Assembly: GCA_905178155.1 (NCBI GenBank)
Contig: CAJINV010000002.1
Span: forward strand, 1,029,809 to 1,093,808
From: Amoebophrya sp. A120
Lineage: Eukaryota > Protista > Dinoflagellata
Reading direction: 5' to 3'
DNA length: 64,000 bases
Within the stretch, counting starts at the first letter, position 1. Each line of letters opens with the position of its first letter. The notes beneath the pieces were generated by a model that was given only the letters and a program-made list of their open reading frames with translations, had not been told where the DNA came from and did not search any database. Positions 59,292 through 64,000 of this stretch are shown here, piece after piece. The position numbers and the translations under genes were made by a program.

Positions 59292-62200
59292 TCATCCGAC
59301 AATCTATGGCGTTCTCAAACGTTACATTCTCAACTGTTACATGAATTTGTGATGCAAGAACGGCAAAACTAAAAGGGGTGGCCTTGCGCGTATTGCATGA
59401 CAGATTCGGCGCAGATTCTGAGCCTGTTTGGCTCTTCGCGAATTTGTCATGCGAAGCAGCTTGATCGTGTCAATTCTGATTGTAATTTTGCATGACAAAT
59501 CATGTAACAGTTGAGAATGTAACAGTTGAGAACGCCATACAATCCTGCTGTCGAAGTAATTCTCCTTCCACAAAGAGGCTAAAAATGCGACATTAATCTC
59601 TTCCACCGAGAAGTCCTCCATTTCCGGTTTGGATGTAGTTCCGGTTTGATCATGTCCTGCTCTCATCCGAAACCCAAATAACCCCCGTTCGTCCCGCAAT
59701 CGGTTGAACAGGTTCCGGCTGATTAGGAGTTCTGCTTTGTTCCCTCGGTGATCTTGAAGTAGATCTCGTGAAGATTCAGATTCTCGTAACAAACCAGTAC
59801 CACTACCAGCGGTCGTGGTGGACAATGCAGCGAGACCACTTCGACTTGTTCCAGGATCTGTTGAAAATAAATCTTGGTCCTCCTCTTCTTGTGGTCCTGT
59901 TCCGTCCAACATTTGTTCCGCTGTAGTTCTTGTTTTCGATGGTCCAGCGCCTGTAGTGATTTTTCCCGATCCCGACATGCTCCTGGTGTCATCTTCATCA
60001 AACAAGGGAAACGCCACGTACTCTTCAATCGGGATCGTGGTGGTTCTGCAGGTTCTGGTGGTCGTGTCGTGTGAGCTGTGGCGAGCATTTGCAGTCGTGA
60101 AGCGCTTTTCTGATGCGAATACACCTTGTTGTAGTTCTCGCAGCATGCAGATGGTACCGTAGGGGTACAACGATGAACTGCTCGAGGGTTGAAATCCTCC
60201 TCGCCGCCCAAAATTAATGAACTCAGAGTTGTCGTCCTCACCACCATCCCGCCGACGAGATGTTGACTGCGATAGAATTTGTGCGCAGTGGTGGCAAGAC
60301 GTGGTGCTGGTGGTGTTGCTGGAGGAACCGCCCCTGGATGCAGTGTAGATGCTTTCTTCATGCTCCTCGTCGTCTTGTGCCTCAACATCTACCGAAGCTG
60401 GTAGTTCTTCCAAAAGCTGTCCTGATGTGCTAAGATAAGAAGCCTCCCGTGGCCCACGTGACGAACTACTGCCGGCCAATGCAAGAGGAGCCACGTGTTG
60501 TTCCTCTTCCGGTTCCTGAGAATGAAGTAAAGGGTCAGCACGTCGTGAAGAGGACATCGACGGGTCTCGGATTCTCATCCGGAGGAGGGATTCCGCCAGT
60601 TTTCCATCGACGGAAGGAGGCCCGCCGGCTGCTCCACAGCATGCTGAACTACCTCCCGCTGCGACGGCGCCAGAAATTGTGCTAGTATCTGTTGTGCAAC
60701 CGCCCGAAGAACCACCACTCGTCCCGAGGGCGGCCTGGTGCTCCGAAGGTAGAACCTCCACGTCCTGCGTTCCTCTCCTCCAGGATTTTTTGTCCCCACT
60801 GCCACTGCTAGCCCATATTAATCCACTCATGACTTGCCACCAGGTGGGCGGAAGGAGCGCGCTCGCTGCTGTTGCACAGGAGAATGCAGGTGCTCCACCT
60901 GAGCATGAAGAACAACCTTGGTGTAGGTGGCCGGACATCGTCCTACTTGTCGAGGAACGCGAGGAAGTCGTGCCCTGTTGTCGAGCTCTGCGTGGTCCAC
61001 CTCTCTCGTCCTCGCCCCTCCGTTCCGGTAGGTGGCCGGCTTGTTCATCTGTGTCAACATCTTCACACGGAGAAAACCACTGCCGTGGATCGGGGCACCA
61101 GGAGGCGCTGCACAGTTGCGGCGAACTGGAACTACTGCTACTGCGTATGCAATACAAATTTACTGTACATGTACAAAATGCATCACAAATTTCACCGACT
61201 TGGAGCATGCCACTTGTCATGCTGAGTAGAATTAAAGGAAAGCTTTGTCATGCAGAAACCGCATTGGTACATGTACAGTATGAAATTTACTGTGGATACT
61301 GCTAGGAGGGGCATGTTCACCACTCCGCCTCTCAACGTTATCATACCTCTCCCGACTCACCAATAATCCAGCCAAAATCCGCGTTTTCGAAAACAACAGC
61401 ACCCCCCGATTGCTGATCAGGGCGAAACAACCAGCATATGCTGAGAAAAAACGTCCCCAGCCCAGAGTTGTCATGCGAATGCGCAATGACAGAAACATTT
61501 GCAATGCGCATCCCCATGAGAGGCATTTCCAATCGTGTTTTGGCATTTGTAATGCCGTAACCAGGATGAGAAAGTGGCTTTCTCATGCGGCTGCCCGTGC
61601 TAACCAGCACTACACTGCAGATGGAAATTCGTCATGCACAACTCCCAAAACTTGGAGATTTCTGTTGCAGATTTACCAACTTGACTCTGAGGTGCTGGGG
61701 ACGTTTTTGCCCAGGATAAAACCCCGTGCACCGTCACATCCACGAACTTCGGCAGTGTGGGGTCCGGGACCTGTTGCGGAAAATTCGTCCTCTGTGCCGG
61801 GGTTTTCTTCCGCAAACGCGTTTTCTTGAGATAAATTTTCTCCGGCTCATGTTCTTCACTGGTGTCTACTTCACTGCGGGGAATCCTGCCACTGCTGCTC
61901 TGTTGAGCACGACCATCTTCGTCATATTCTTGTTCATCATGGTCTACTGCTGCTTCCTCTGGAATTTCCCTTTCTTCCGGTTTCTCTTGCATGATTCCGT
62001 CCAGAATGGTCAGCAACTTCTTTTCCTTTTCCGAATACAGGTCCTCTAACGTGAGAGGGCCACGTCGGCGTTGATGTTCTAGTTCTTCTTCCTGTGTCGT
62101 GCCGCGGCGGCTTCGGGTGTTGTTGAGCGTGGAAGAAGCTGCAGATTTCCTGGTTTTAATTTTCTGCTTGCGTTTTCTCGTTTCTACTTGTTCTCCTCCC

Positions 62201-64000
62201 TGTTGCTCCGACGTAGTTGTCCCTCTAGGCGTCATCATGAATTTCCACATCTGGCTCATTCGCTCCGGGAAAGAATATGATCCATGCTGCCCATCTGCCA
62301 ACCTTGCTCCTTGTTCCCTTGATGTAATTCCGTGGTCCCCGTCAGGAGTTGCTGCAGCAGCGTGACCCAGTTGCCTCCGGGGGCCTTGACGACGTTTGGC
62401 ACTGCTTTTGTAGTCCCGTTTTCTCTGCTGTAGGTCTCGTTGAAGATTTGACATTGACGCTGATCCCTGCTGCCGCCCTGATTGATGTTGAACATCTGAC
62501 AGCACACGGCGTTGTTCCCGGTGGTTATTTGTGCCACGACAGGTTCGTTCTTGGCCACAGCTAGGCAATACCATCATCTCCGGTATCTTCAATACCGGCG
62601 GTGGCGATTCTTGTTCTGTTGCACGACGAGGACGGGCGATGACGGCCGTAGGATTTTTGCCAACATTTGGTCTCGCCGTCCTCGACGGCCTTTGCCCGAC
62701 GCCGAGGAGTTGCTCCGCTACTAGTCTTTGGCGCAAAAGCTCCTCGATGTTGCCGGAAGCTGCTGCACCAGAACTGGTAGCTGCCTGAACACGTACTAGC
62801 CTTGGAGTGGAGGACAGAGGAGGAGCAGGTACTACTTCTGCACCACCACGGTCAACATTGAAGATTCTTGGCACAGCAGCAAAAGTAGAGCTGCCAGAAG
62901 CCCCGCCTGCAAGAGGAACTGGCGCTCCACGCGGACTCGTAGCAGGAGCACGCGATGTTGAAAGAGGCCCGGATGTTAAAGTAGGGGATTGTTGGACGTC
63001 GAGCTGCTGGCCGTGAAGATCTCCACCTGCATGGCCCATCACGACCCCCTCTAACATAGAAGTCGGCGGTCGGTCGTGTATGTGGTCATTCGAAATAAAG
63101 GCGACCTGGTGAAGATTTGGATGTTGTGCCGCAGCTATTAAAGCTTCTGTAGATGAAGTAGAGGAGGAGGAGGAACTCGTCGAACCAGAAGCACGACCGG
63201 CAAGATTTTTGTCAGCACCACCTTGTTGTTGTCCGATCGTCCCACGGCCAGATGAAATTTTTATCCCGAGTTGTTCATCTTGCAATTCGTCCCTGATTTC
63301 ATTCCTGATATCGACAAAGTCGCTATGAACTGCAAAAGGAAAAGTATCGTACTCGTATAAATGCATTACAAATTTTCTCAGCATGAGAAATAAAATTTGT
63401 AATGCTGATTTACCTTAAAAGATAGATTTGTAATGCAAGACTTGCAGTTATACGAATACGATACTTTTGCACAGGATAGTCGCCTCTGTCCCACAATTTC
63501 CGCAGAACCTCGTTTTTGATGCGCACCAAGTTCTGGAAATTCGCATCCAGTCTTGAGGAATCTGGTTCCTGTCGCAGGGACGAAGATGAAGACGCGCCAA
63601 CAGATGAAGCGTGTAGTCCCCGATCATCGTTGTTTCTTGCACATGGAGGTGGATCTTCTGCTTGTTGCACTATTCCCATGATCTGTGGGGTCGTGCTGCC
63701 GAGGTGGAGCCGGTCTTGCGCACGGGATAAAGTAGTTCTTGTTGGCTTTATCCCCACCAGTTGCCCGCTCTCTTCGCAATACCAAGCAGACAAAAATGCC
63801 TGGTCAGTTGCTCGTGCTAGTTCAACATCCAAAGAGATGTCCGATGAGAACGCGGGGGCGCCACAAGTGCCTGACGGCGCTGAAGCTGATCCGCCGCCAC
63901 TATAACTTTCTGGGCCAGGACCAGGAGAAGATCCTTGTCTCGCCATCTCCTCCACCGATGGCGCAGCACTTTCTACTTCCCCAACCGCTTCATCGTCTTC
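59292..64000 (-). CDS. Large low-complexity hypothetical protein, 5' end outside the window
   Basis: ORFs 63410..63955, 61600..63384, 61232..61546 and 59337..61220 join in frame across four introners; stop TGA at 59292-59294. Confidence 0.7.
59305..59539. mobile_element. Introner family D, 235 bp
   Basis: TIR, TSD CAATC/CAATC. Confidence 0.9.
61146..61298. mobile_element. Introner, singleton family (TIR core TACTGTACATGTAC)
   Basis: Imperfect TIR, TSD CTGCG/CTGCT, frame restored. Confidence 0.8.
61437..61718. mobile_element. Introner, singleton family (TIR core AAAAACGTCCCCAGC)
   Basis: Imperfect TIR, TSD decayed, element+5 nt removal in frame. Confidence 0.65.
63324..63478. mobile_element. 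Introner family C
   Basis: TIR, TSD GTCGC/GTCGC. Confidence 0.9.

Noticed and set aside
826-63642. Recurrent peptide motifs in the ORF track (CKNVWVWK, FQTQTFLHL, VQKYRTR, LCKSIVLV) as a protein family
   Set aside because: They are translations of introner TIRs in various frames.
173-63905. Plus-strand ORFs opposite the genes
   Set aside because: Antisense shadows of low-complexity minus-strand exons; no recognisable motifs.
1-64000. Autonomous transposase, reverse transcriptase or recombinase
   Set aside because: No DDE, RT or tyrosine-recombinase motifs recognised, so the superfamily mobilising the introners cannot be assigned here.
1-64000. tRNA, rRNA (including 5S beside the SL-like genes) or snRNA genes
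   Set aside because: None recognised by eye; an Infernal/tRNAscan run is needed to exclude divergent copies.

Overview
Eukaryotic genomic DNA. It most resembles the parasitic dinoflagellate Amoebophrya (Syndiniales, A120-like); this is inferred from intron architecture and a dinoflagellate spliced-leader motif, not from a database search. Eight protein genes lie on the minus strand: a Q/N/S/G-rich protein, an inositol-trisphosphate 3-kinase, a GUP1/HHAT-like MBOAT, two putative secreted proteins, a carboxylic-acid-reductase-like A-T-R enzyme, a RAP-domain protein and a large low-complexity protein. GC-rich islands separate the genes. The dominant feature is 47 MITE-like introner elements in about 9 TIR families. 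Nearly all run TAT...ATA, and 45 have a recognisable 5-bp target-site duplication (TSD). They sit only in coding sequence, occur in both orientations and mostly lack GT-AG. At every junction checked, removing the element plus 5 nt restores the frame. All families, and several GT-AG introns, share an internal GCATKACAAA motif, suggesting a continuum from introner to canonical intron. A tandem duplication (about 9.4-18.7 kb) gives filled versus empty insertion sites. A ~60-bp hotspot in a long uAUG-depleted leader holds two nested insertions with 59- and 38-bp duplications. These carry a 30-bp-period repeat/spacer array, a nested palindrome and a divergent pair of SL-RNA-like genes. Coordinates were read by eye, and gene models are unverified without RNA data.
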